Part shown: one piece after another, positions 29,146 through 37,933 of the stretch
Layout of the letters: every line of letters starts with the position of its first letter
How positions within the stretch are numbered: position 1 is the first letter of the stretch
Program-made: the position numbers and the translations under genes
Notes under the pieces: generated by a model
What the model saw: only the letters and a program-made list of their open reading frames with translations
Told to the model about the DNA's origin: nothing
Databases searched by the model: none
Assembly: GCA_026391805.1 (NCBI GenBank)
Contig: JAPLDJ010000011.1
Coordinates: 2,219-66,218 of the forward strand
Reading direction: 5' to 3'
DNA: 64,000 bases
Source of the DNA: Bacteroidota bacterium
GTDB taxonomy: Bacteria; Bacteroidota; Bacteroidia; Bacteroidales; FEN-979

Positions 29146-29937
29146 TTGCCTCTACTCGCCATCACCGGACTTTTCGACCTGCGGATCACCGATATCATTG
29201 ATGTGATCCTTTTTTCGGTTCTGCTTTATATGATCTACAACCTGGTAAAAGGCACAGCCGCCATCCGGATCTTTATCGGCATCATTGCCGTTTACTTGAT
29301 CTGGAAGATCGTAAAAGCCTTCCAGATGCAACTCCTGAGCGAGATCCTCGGGCAGTTTATCAGCGTCGGGTTCATTGCGCTGATCGTGGTATTTCAGCCT
29401 GAGATCCGGCAATTCCTATTACTGGTTGGAAATACGAGGATCATCAAGAACACGCGAAAACGTTTCCTTTTCTGGAAAATCCAGGTAGACGACCCGATGC
29501 ACCATCACATCGATACGATCGTGAAGGCCTGCCAGAAGATGGCAGATACCCGTACCGGCGCCCTGATCGTGATCACCGGGCAGAATGAACTGAGAAGTTA
29601 TATTGAAACCGGGCAGGTGGTTGATGGGAAGATCTCAGAGTTTCTTATCGAAACGATCTTCTTCAAGAACAGTCCGCTGCACGACGGGGCTGTGATCATT
29701 CACGGCGGGATCATCCGTGCAGCCCGCTGCATCCTTCCGGTCAGCAGCAACCCGGAGATCCCTGCAAATTACGGACTCCGTCACCGCGCGGCCGTCGGGA
29801 TCACGGAGAAATCAGATTCCCTCGCGATCATCGTTTCCGAAGAACGCGGGAAAATCTCTTATTGTTATGAAGGGAAACTGTCGAAAGAGGTGACGCCATC
29901 CGAGCTTTCAAATGCGATGGAGAAGTTTTTTAAATAG
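29146..29937 (+). CDS. cdaA: Diadenylate cyclase CdaA/DacA
   Basis: Three TM helices, VFQPEIR, SPLHDGA, GLRHRAA, VSEERG. Confidence 0.95.
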   Translation: MPLLAITGLFDLRITDIIDVILFSVLLYMIYNLVKGTAAIRIFIGIIAVYLIWKIVKAFQMQLLSEILGQFISVGFIALIVVFQPEIRQFLLLVGNTRIIKNTRKRFLFWKIQVDDPMHHHIDTIVKACQKMADTRTGALIVITGQNELRSYIETGQVVDGKISEFLIETIFFKNSPLHDGAVIIHGGIIRAARCILPVSSNPEIPANYGLRHRAAVGITEKSDSLAIIVSEERGKISYCYEGKLSKEVTPSELSNAMEKFFK

Positions 29938-29976
29938 CTGATGAGCTAATGAGCTGACGAATTAGCAAAATTTCCC

Positions 29977-30069
29977 TTCGTGGTTCTTCGTGTCTTCTTC
30001 GTGGATTTTCGTGTAATAATAAATTCACCGCAGATTTACACAGATTTACACGGATTAAACACAGAAAAT
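29977..30069 (-). repeat. Right arm of the 93-bp inverted repeat bracketing cdaA
   Basis: Reverse complement of 28968-29060. Confidence 0.93.
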
Positions 30070-31446
30070 GAGGTTGTCTATTTTTTAGTTGAAATTTGAA
30101 TGGCTAAGGTTCGTCGATTCATTTCTTTTTTAATCGCTTCCTGGAATTCATCTAGTCTTCCAAAGTTATTTATTTTTATCATTTTACGTTCAATTTCAAG
30201 TAAGGCTGATGCAATCCAGCGGTACCGTTCATTTGAGACGTTCCAATTTTTTACTTTGCCAACATATTTTTTTAGTTGTGAGTTCAAATTCTCAATGCAG
30301 TTTGTTGTCGAAAAACTTCGTCCGAATTCGACATTCAACCCGATTTTATGTAACGTGAGAATATCTTCCAATGCCTCATCCAAGGATCTTGCAGCGCTCA
30401 AATTAAGGGATTTAAGATCGGTTTTTAATTGGACAAGTTCAGCTTTTGCATCTTCATATTTTTCCCGATTAATCGCATGTTGATATTGACGTTTAACGAT
30501 TTCATGGTGTTTTTCCGGAAGATATTTCAAGATATTCTCCTGCTTATGCCACGTACATCGCTGTATGATAGCCTTTTCACCAAAAGAGTCCTCAACAGCT
30601 TTTCGTATTCCTTTACTGCCATCAATAACACAAAGCAGTCCATCAGAATAATCAAGTCCTCGCTCCTTCAATCCTTCAAACATATCCTTGATCGGTTCAG
30701 AGTTCTCCGTTGCAGCCTGGATGAAACACAATGGAATTTTATCTCCCTGAAGGGTCACTCCCAGACAAATAATTATTTGTTCTTTCGAAAGATATTTTCC
30801 ATCAATGAAGAGAGCGATGATTTTGTGATGAGCAATTGGCCGTGTTTCAAATTCATGAAGTTTTTCTTCAGTTCGTTCTATGAAAGATCGGGATACTGAA
30901 CTTTTCGACAAACCAAATCCTTCTCCCAAATGATCTATAACACCTCCGTAATCACGCATACTCAGACCCAAGAGAACACCTTTGATCAGCTGATCTGTGG
31001 GTTCGGGGAGATCTTTCATTTCTTCATACCGCTGAAGCGGAGTGTTATTTTCATCAACATTATCAAATAGCCGTGGAACGTCAATTTTCAACTTTTGGTC
31101 ACCAATCTTTACGCTACCTGGATTATAGCCCCATCGACTATAACGGCCATTATCCGGCTTTTGACGACAATACCGGGGTCCGGCTCTTTCTATTACTTCT
31201 TCTTCAAGTAACTCGTTTATCATTATCTGGCAAATACTCAGATGGTTTTGTAACAAACCGATCTTTAAGTCAACCGACTGTTCTTTCAGCCAGGTCAAGT
31301 TCTTTCGATTTAATTCATTACTTTTATTCTTTGGTTCCATATTATATTGTTTTTCGCAATTCAATATTACGGAACCTTAGCGAAGGACCAGCTATGTCTG
31401 GTTCTTCCTTTTTAAACTATATTTCAACTAAGTTTGGGACAAGATC
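30070..31446 (-). mobile_element. IS256-family insertion sequence (1377 bp)
   Basis: Imperfect TIRs GAGGTTGTCTATTTTTTAGTTGAAAT / GATCTTGTCCCAAACTTAGTTGAAAT; 8-bp TSD CAGAAAAT at 30062-30069 and 31447-31454; AT-richer than the flanks. Confidence 0.92.
30078..31340 (-). CDS. IS256/Mutator-family transposase
   Basis: GLSMRD, FIDG, IDGSKGI, QRCTWHK..N, TTNCIENLN (DDE plus CxxH). Confidence 0.93.
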   Translation of the reverse strand: MEPKNKSNELNRKNLTWLKEQSVDLKIGLLQNHLSICQIMINELLEEEVIERAGPRYCRQKPDNGRYSRWGYNPGSVKIGDQKLKIDVPRLFDNVDENNTPLQRYEEMKDLPEPTDQLIKGVLLGLSMRDYGGVIDHLGEGFGLSKSSVSRSFIERTEEKLHEFETRPIAHHKIIALFIDGKYLSKEQIIICLGVTLQGDKIPLCFIQAATENSEPIKDMFEGLKERGLDYSDGLLCVIDGSKGIRKAVEDSFGEKAIIQRCTWHKQENILKYLPEKHHEIVKRQYQHAINREKYEDAKAELVQLKTDLKSLNLSAARSLDEALEDILTLHKIGLNVEFGRSFSTTNCIENLNSQLKKYVGKVKNWNVSNERYRWIASALLEIERKMIKINNFGRLDEFQEAIKKEMNRRTLAIQISTKK

Positions 31447-31486
31447 CAGAAAATTCCCGGATTCGCATATTTTACCCAACCTCAGT

Positions 31487-32068
31487 CTACTTCTTCTTCG
31501 TCTTCTTTACAAGTTTGAGACCAGCCAGTGAATCTGCCACCCGGATGCTGTCCGCTTTCTGTTTTGCTTCAAATTCACGGACCATCTGTTCGGGGGATTT
31601 CCCGAGGTTCTCCATTGCGACACGTGCATCGTTGGCAAAATCGCTGTTCGGGTATTTCTCGACGAACTGGAGGTACAACTCTTTTGCCTTGTCGAGGTTC
31701 TTCAGCTGGTTTTCATAAATGTAGGCCTTGAAGAACATAGAGACGGATGCTTTCGGGTTGTCGGGATATTTTTCCATGAACTTGTCGAAAAGTTCAATGG
31801 CTTTGGCTGAATTATTCAAGTTCATCGCCAGGTTTGCAGCCTTGAAAGAAAATTTCAGGGACAGTGAATCATCCGGGAATCGTTTAACAAACAATTCATA
31901 AGCTGCCAGCAGGCTGTCGGCCTTTGCCTGATCAAAACCTGTGCTCATAGGCGAAAAGAGCCGTTTTTCCAGACCATCAATATTACTGGCTGATTTTTCC
32001 CTCGAGGGACCACAGCCGGAAAGAATGGCAACAAGTAGAACAAGCGTGAGGTAAGTTAATTTTTTCAT
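31487..32068 (-). CDS. TPR-containing lipoprotein
   Basis: Lipobox LSGC; repeated F...(F/Y)P..S helical TPR-like units. Confidence 0.85.
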   Translation of the reverse strand: MKKLTYLTLVLLVAILSGCGPSREKSASNIDGLEKRLFSPMSTGFDQAKADSLLAAYELFVKRFPDDSLSLKFSFKAANLAMNLNNSAKAIELFDKFMEKYPDNPKASVSMFFKAYIYENQLKNLDKAKELYLQFVEKYPNSDFANDARVAMENLGKSPEQMVREFEAKQKADSIRVADSLAGLKLVKKTKKK

Positions 32069-32083
32069 ATAGATTCTGTTTTT

Positions 32084-32217
32084 ATTTACGGTTTACGATT
32101 TAATTTTCGCTATTTCGCTTTTCGCTATTTGTTTTTTCACCACAGATTTCACACCTGCCCGCCGCAGGCAGGGATTACACAGATTTCTCTATCCTCCGTC
32201 TTCCGACCTCAGACCTC
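32084..32217 (-). repeat. Composite repeat mosaic starting at the def stop, with palindrome at 32154-32172
   Basis: Sense strand: gaggtctgaggtcggaagacggagg...aatctgtgtaatc[cctgcctgcggcgggcagg]tgtgaaatctgtggtgaaaaaa...aatagcgaaaagcgaaatagcg. Confidence 0.85.
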
Positions 32218-32790
32218 TTATTTTTTTCCCTTCTTCTGCAACGGAAACGTCATCCTGTAAAACACATCGATGTTCCCCTTTGAGATATCGGTGAGTTTGC
32301 CCTTCAGCAACATCTTACGGAGTGCGCTCATTTTATCGACAAACAGTTTCCCCTGCGTATGATCGTATTCGTGCTGGATCACACGGGCAACAATGCCTTC
32401 GAACCGTTCATCATGCGAATGAAAATGCTCATCCTGGTACTTCATATAGATGAACGGTTTCCGCATGATATCCTCACGCACGCCCGGGAAACTCAGGCAA
32501 CCTTCATTAAAGGCCCACTCCTCTCCCTCCTCTTTATAGATGGAGGGATTGATAAAAACCTTTTTAAAACCCTGGGCTTCCGGGTATTTATCGGCGTAAG
32601 GCGATACATCCATGATGAAAAGGCGGATGGACTGGTTGACCTGGGGGGCGGCAAGTCCGACCCCGTCAGACTGGTACATGGTTTCAAACATATCCGCGAT
32701 GAACTGTTCCAGGTCGGGATGGTCCGGCTGAACCTCTTTAGCAACCTTTCTCAGTGTTGGGTGACCATATGCTACAACAGGTAAAATCAT
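32218..32790 (-). CDS. def: Peptide deformylase
   Basis: GVGLAAPQ, EGCLS, QHEYDH. Confidence 0.97.
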   Translation of the reverse strand: MILPVVAYGHPTLRKVAKEVQPDHPDLEQFIADMFETMYQSDGVGLAAPQVNQSIRLFIMDVSPYADKYPEAQGFKKVFINPSIYKEEGEEWAFNEGCLSFPGVREDIMRKPFIYMKYQDEHFHSHDERFEGIVARVIQHEYDHTQGKLFVDKMSALRKMLLKGKLTDISKGNIDVFYRMTFPLQKKGKK

Positions 32791-32811
32791 AGGAACAATC
32801 TAAAATAAATG

Positions 32812-33258
32812 TTAACTGACTTCCGGACGATGGAAACCGGGTCCGATCGTCCTCTTCTCCATAAACGACTGCAGTATGATCACGGCGCTGACGGTATCAA
32901 CCAGCGATTTGTCCTGCCGGGCTTTCTTTTTCGCACCGGATTCCCGGATGGCCCTTGTAGCCATCAGGGAGGTGAACCGTTCATCGATCCGCTCGATGGG
33001 AATGGCCGGAAATTCTTCCCTCAGCCTCCGTACAAAGGGTTCGATAAATTTAGCTGATTCCGAATCCCTGTTGTTCATCTGCCTGGCTTCTCCCACAACA
33101 AAGCATTCCACGGCATTCTTTGAAGCATATTCTTTCAGGAATGCAATGGTGTCACCTGCCGGCACCGTAGTCAATGCCGTAGCAATGATCTGGAGTTCAT
33201 CCGTCACTGCAAGCCCGGCTCGCTTTTGTCCGTAATCGATCGCGATTATCCTGCCCAT
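32812..33258 (-). CDS. ruvX: RuvX/YqgF resolvase-like pre-16S rRNA nuclease
   Basis: AIDYGQKRAG.A, DERFTS, VDTVSAVIILQ. Confidence 0.93.
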   Translation of the reverse strand: MGRIIAIDYGQKRAGLAVTDELQIIATALTTVPAGDTIAFLKEYASKNAVECFVVGEARQMNNRDSESAKFIEPFVRRLREEFPAIPIERIDERFTSLMATRAIRESGAKKKARQDKSLVDTVSAVIILQSFMEKRTIGPGFHRPEVS

Positions 33259-33355
33259 CGTTAAAAAACCGGTGCAAAGTTAAGCATGATTCGGGTACGG
33301 GCGGTGAAGGGATGTTATTAATTCCTTACTTTTGATCTTTCATTAAAGGAAGAAA

Positions 33356-34174
33356 ATGGATCCGGACATCCGAAAAATAATTGAAAATGCCTGGGATAAC
33401 CGGGAATTGCTCAAAGAAGCCGAAGTTCAGAACGCCATCCGGGATGTGATCGGGATGCTGGATAAAGGGGAACTCCGCGTTGCAGAACCCTCCGGGCAGG
33501 AATGGAACGTAAATGAATGGATCAAGAAAGCGGTGATCCTCTATTTCCCGATCCAGAAGATGGAAACCACCGCGGTTGGCCCGTTTGAATTTCATGACAA
33601 GATCCCGCTGAAGAAAGGGTATGAAGCCCTCGGCATCCGGGTTGTACCGCATGCCATCGCACGGTACGGTTCATATATTGGGAAAGGCGTCATTCTGATG
33701 CCCTCGTATGTAAACATCGGCGCATACGTCGGCAGCGGAACCATGGTGGATACCTGGGCCACTGTCGGATCCTGTGCACAGGTCGGGAAGAATGTTCACC
33801 TCAGCGGCGGCGTAGGCTTGGGTGGTGTGCTAGAACCGGTGCAGGCAGCCCCGGTGATCATCGAGGATGATTGCTTTCTCGGGTCACGCTGCATCGTCGT
33901 TGAAGGTGTCAGGATCGGAAAAGAGGCAGTCCTTGGTGCCAACGTTACGCTGACCGGTTCAACAAAGATCATCGATGTTTCAGGATCTTCTCCTGTTGAA
34001 CTGCAGGGATATATTCCGCAGCGTTCTGTTGTGATCCCGGGAACCGTGGAAAAGCAGTTCCCGGCAGGCAGGTTCAATGTTACCTGCGCCCTGATCATCG
34101 GCCAGCGTAAGGCGTCCACCGACCTGAAGACTTCACTGAACCAGGCACTGAGAGAGTTTAACGTGAGTGTTTAG
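33356..34174 (+). CDS. dapD: Tetrahydrodipicolinate N-succinyltransferase
   Basis: WIKKAVILYF, MVDTWATVGSCAQVG, GGVLEP. Confidence 0.96.
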   Translation: MDPDIRKIIENAWDNRELLKEAEVQNAIRDVIGMLDKGELRVAEPSGQEWNVNEWIKKAVILYFPIQKMETTAVGPFEFHDKIPLKKGYEALGIRVVPHAIARYGSYIGKGVILMPSYVNIGAYVGSGTMVDTWATVGSCAQVGKNVHLSGGVGLGGVLEPVQAAPVIIEDDCFLGSRCIVVEGVRIGKEAVLGANVTLTGSTKIIDVSGSSPVELQGYIPQRSVVIPGTVEKQFPAGRFNVTCALIIGQRKASTDLKTSLNQALREFNVSV

Positions 34175-35165
34175 AGCGACATTGAAAAAAATCCTTGTCA
34201 TACAAACTGCTTCCATCGGGGATGTGATCCTCACTACACCGGTGATCGAGGCATTGCATCATTCCTTCCCGGACGCATCCATCGATATCCTTGTCAAGAG
34301 CGGAATGGAAGGCCTTTTCCGCAGTCATCCTTTTCTTCATGAAATTCTTGTCTGGAATAAGAAAAACAAAAAACTGCAGAATTTTCTCCGTATCCTCTGC
34401 AAGACAAGGAAAACAAAGTACGACGCCGTTATCAATGTGCAGCGCTTTGCCCTGACCGGGATTCTGACCTCACTTTCAGGATCAAAGGTCCGGATCGGCT
34501 TCTCAAAGAACCCGTTCTCGATCTTCTTCACACAATCCATTCTTCATATTATAAAAAAAGGGATGCATGAGACCGAACGGAACCTGATGCTGACCGAACC
34601 GCTGACCGGGCCGTCAAAGGAAAAACCGCGTCTTTACCCCATAGCCACCGACACTGCAAAAACGGCGGGTTACAAATCAGGAATTTATTATACGATCTCA
34701 CCTGCATCGCTCTGGTTTACCAAGCAATATCCGGCTGAAAAATGGATTGAATTCATCAGTTACATCCCTCATTCCTGTAAGGTATATTTCCTTGGTTCAT
34801 CTGAAGATGCAACACTTTGTGAGAACATCATCCGTCAGTCGGGACATCCGGGTTGTATCAGCCTGGCGGGAAAGCTCGGGTTCCTGGAATCCGCCTCCCT
34901 CATGAAAGATGCCAGGATGAATTTCACCAATGACTCCGCTCCCATGCACCTTGCATCTGCGGTGAATGCACCGGTTACCGTGATCTATTGCTCGACGGTC
35001 CCGGAATTCGGATTCGGCCCGCTGTCGGATGAATCCAGGATCGTTGAGATAAAAGATCCTCTCTCCTGCCGCCCCTGCGGTTTGCATGGATACAGATCCT
35101 GCCCTGAAAAACACTTCCGGTGTGCCACAGATATCGACGTGGATCAACTTGCTTCAGGACTCTGA
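34167..35165 (+). CDS. Glycosyltransferase family 9 (heptosyltransferase-like)
   Basis: IGDVILTTP, NDSAPMHLA, CRPCGLHG. Confidence 0.92.
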   Translation: MFRATLKKILVIQTASIGDVILTTPVIEALHHSFPDASIDILVKSGMEGLFRSHPFLHEILVWNKKNKKLQNFLRILCKTRKTKYDAVINVQRFALTGILTSLSGSKVRIGFSKNPFSIFFTQSILHIIKKGMHETERNLMLTEPLTGPSKEKPRLYPIATDTAKTAGYKSGIYYTISPASLWFTKQYPAEKWIEFISYIPHSCKVYFLGSSEDATLCENIIRQSGHPGCISLAGKLGFLESASLMKDARMNFTNDSAPMHLASAVNAPVTVIYCSTVPEFGFGPLSDESRIVEIKDPLSCRPCGLHGYRSCPEKHFRCATDIDVDQLASGL

Positions 35166-35274
35166 AAGCTGAATTTGAATTCTCATACAATTTAATAGGA
35201 TTTTTAGCGTAATTTTGCTGCACTGAAAGGAAAAAACGAACATCCTTTCATCCCTAACAATTCTTGTTCCTGTT

Positions 35275-35838
35275 ATGGAAAATGAAGTAAAAAATTGCCT
35301 GAAGGTACTTAAGAGCGGAGGGATCATCCTTTACCCGACTGATACGATCTGGGGAATCGGATGTGATGCGACGAATCCGAAGGCAATTGAAAAGGTGTAC
35401 CGTCTTAAAAAACGGGCCGACATTAAAAGCCTGATCATCCTCCTGGCCAGTGCCAGAGATCTGGAGACCTATGTTGCAAAGGTCCCGGCGATTGCAAATG
35501 ATCTCATGAAAAACGTTGAGAAACCGCTGACCATCATTTACCCGAATGCGCAGAACCTTCCGAAAAATGTTATCGCGGAAGACAATTCCATTGCCATCCG
35601 GATCGTCAGGAATGAGTTCTGCATCAGGCTGATCAAGGCTTTCGGCAAACCGATCGTATCCACATCTGCAAACATTTCAGGGGATATAGCCCCCATGGTC
35701 TTCAAATGTGTTTCGAAGGAGATTATCGATGGGGCCGACTACGTTGTAAACCTTTACCAGGATGACATCCAGGATGTGAAACCCTCAAGGATCATCAAAC
35801 TGTTCGCGAACGGAGAATTTAAAGTGATCAGGGCATGA
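35275..35838 (+). CDS. tsaC: L-threonylcarbamoyladenylate synthase (TsaC/YrdC)
   Basis: YPTDTIWGIGCD, LKKR, STSANISG. Confidence 0.93.
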   Translation: MENEVKNCLKVLKSGGIILYPTDTIWGIGCDATNPKAIEKVYRLKKRADIKSLIILLASARDLETYVAKVPAIANDLMKNVEKPLTIIYPNAQNLPKNVIAEDNSIAIRIVRNEFCIRLIKAFGKPIVSTSANISGDIAPMVFKCVSKEIIDGADYVVNLYQDDIQDVKPSRIIKLFANGEFKVIRA

Positions 35839-37910
35839 CGACAAACAAGTTCAAACAGCTGGCCATCCGAAGGGAAGACAAAGAATATACGATCAAAAGC
35901 ACCGGAAAGGAAACGCTGCAGAAATGGTTTTCGTTGCTTACACTTGGCCGCAAACTGGACGAGAAAGCCCCGAATTACCTGAAGCAGGCGCTGGGATGGT
36001 CGTACCATGCACCATACGCCGGGCATGACGGGATCCAGTTAGCCATCGGACAGATCTTCGACCGGAATACCGATCACCTCTTTCCTTATTACCGTGACAT
36101 GCTAACGGTGATATCGGCAGGCCTGACGGCCGAAGAGATCATCCTCAACGGACTTTCGAAAGCACAGGATGTTGCCAGCGGGGGACGGCATATGTCGAAC
36201 CATTTTGCCAAGCCCGGATGGAACATTCACAACGTTTCTTCCAGCACCGGGAACCATACACTGCATGCAGTCGGCGTTGCAAGAGCCATTAAATATTATG
36301 GCAGCAAGGGAGTGGCCATCAGTTCCCAGGGAGAATCTTCGGTTTCCGAAGGATATGTATATGAAGCCATCAACGGGGCGAGCCGGGAAGAACTCCCGGT
36401 GATCTTTGTTTTCCAGGATAATGGCTACGGGATCTCGGTGCCGAAATCCGATCAGACCGCCAATCCCAGGGCAGCCGATAACTTTCTTGCGTTCAAAAAC
36501 CTGGGTGTGATATACTGCAACGGCAAGGACATGTTCAATTCCATGAATGCCATGCACAAGGCCAAACAGACCGTCCTGGAAACGGGCAAGCCGGTGATTG
36601 TCCATGCCAACTGCATCCGCATCGGATCCCATTCGAACAGCGACCGGCAGGAGCTTTACCGCGGTCCTGAAGAGTTGCAGGAGGCCCGCATGCTCGATCC
36701 CCTGGCAAAATTCAGAAAGATGCTGTTCTATTCCGGGAAGTTCACAGAGGAAGAACTTGCTGCCGTTGAAGAGGAAGCCACTCAGATCATTTCAGCCGCC
36801 CATAAAAAAGCGCTGGCAGCGCCTGATCCCGATCCGAAAACCATTCTTGATTTTGTGACGGCCTCACCCTATTCCCCGGTAAAATATCCCGAAGGAATAC
36901 CGGATGGAAGCGGGCCGAAGAAGCGGCTGATCGAAGCCCTCAATGAAACGCTGAAAGCTGAATTCCGTCATAATCCCGACACTTTTATGTGGGGACAGGA
37001 TATGGCCGCTGGTGAAAAAGGCGGGATTTTTAATGTTTCAAAAGGACTGCAGAAGGAATTCGGGCCGCAGCGCATCTTCAATGCCCCGATTGCAGAGGAT
37101 TACATTGTTGGTACGGCCAACGGGATGAGCCGGTTCAATGAAAAGATCCGCATTGTTATTGAAGGCGCCGAGTTTGCCGACTACTTCTGGCCGGCCATGG
37201 AACAGCTGGTCGAACTGTCGCATGATTTCTGGCGCAGCAACGGACAATTCGCACCGAACGTTACCATCCGGCTCGCATCCGGCGGGTATATCGGCGGTGG
37301 TCTTTACCATTCACAGAACATTGAAGCTTCATTGTCGACCTTCCCGGGCCTGAGGATCGTTTATCCGTCATTTGCAGATGATGCGGCCGGTTTGCTGCGA
37401 ACCTGCATACGATCAAAAGGTCCGTCGGTCTTCATGGAACCAAAAGCACTTTACAACGATCCTCTTGCAGAAGCCAATGTCCCGGATGATTTTGAGGTAC
37501 CGTTCGGCAAGGCAAGGATCCGCAGGGAGGGCGACCGCCTGACGCTGATCACGTACGGGAACACCACCCACATGTGTCTGCGCGTGGCTGAAAGGATCGC
37601 GAAGGAAAATAACATCCAGGTTGAAGTGATCGACCTGCGTTCGATCCTCCCGCTGGATAAGGAAACCATCATCCGGTCGGTAAAAAAGACAAACCGCGCA
37701 CTCGTTGTCCACGAAGACAAGGTATTTTCCGGTTTCGGAGCCGAAGTTTCAGCCATGATCCAGGAAGAGGTTTTCCGATACCTGGATGCGCCGGTGAAAC
37801 GTGTCGGAGCTACTTTCACGCCGGTGGGCTTCAACAGGATCCTTGAAAAAGCGATCCTTCCGGATGACGACAAGATATATATTGCTGCCAAAGAGATCCT
37901 GGCATTCTGA
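35835..37910 (+). CDS. 2-oxoacid (probably branched-chain) dehydrogenase E1, fused alpha+beta
   Basis: PYYRD, TPP-binding GESS...DNGYGIS, HSNSD, FNAPIAE, YHSQ, VIDLRS. Confidence 0.9.
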   Translation: MTTNKFKQLAIRREDKEYTIKSTGKETLQKWFSLLTLGRKLDEKAPNYLKQALGWSYHAPYAGHDGIQLAIGQIFDRNTDHLFPYYRDMLTVISAGLTAEEIILNGLSKAQDVASGGRHMSNHFAKPGWNIHNVSSSTGNHTLHAVGVARAIKYYGSKGVAISSQGESSVSEGYVYEAINGASREELPVIFVFQDNGYGISVPKSDQTANPRAADNFLAFKNLGVIYCNGKDMFNSMNAMHKAKQTVLETGKPVIVHANCIRIGSHSNSDRQELYRGPEELQEARMLDPLAKFRKMLFYSGKFTEEELAAVEEEATQIISAAHKKALAAPDPDPKTILDFVTASPYSPVKYPEGIPDGSGPKKRLIEALNETLKAEFRHNPDTFMWGQDMAAGEKGGIFNVSKGLQKEFGPQRIFNAPIAEDYIVGTANGMSRFNEKIRIVIEGAEFADYFWPAMEQLVELSHDFWRSNGQFAPNVTIRLASGGYIGGGLYHSQNIEASLSTFPGLRIVYPSFADDAAGLLRTCIRSKGPSVFMEPKALYNDPLAEANVPDDFEVPFGKARIRREGDRLTLITYGNTTHMCLRVAERIAKENNIQVEVIDLRSILPLDKETIIRSVKKTNRALVVHEDKVFSGFGAEVSAMIQEEVFRYLDAPVKRVGATFTPVGFNRILEKAILPDDDKIYIAAKEILAF

Positions 37911-37933
37911 TTTAATCATTTTAACTCGCTCGA

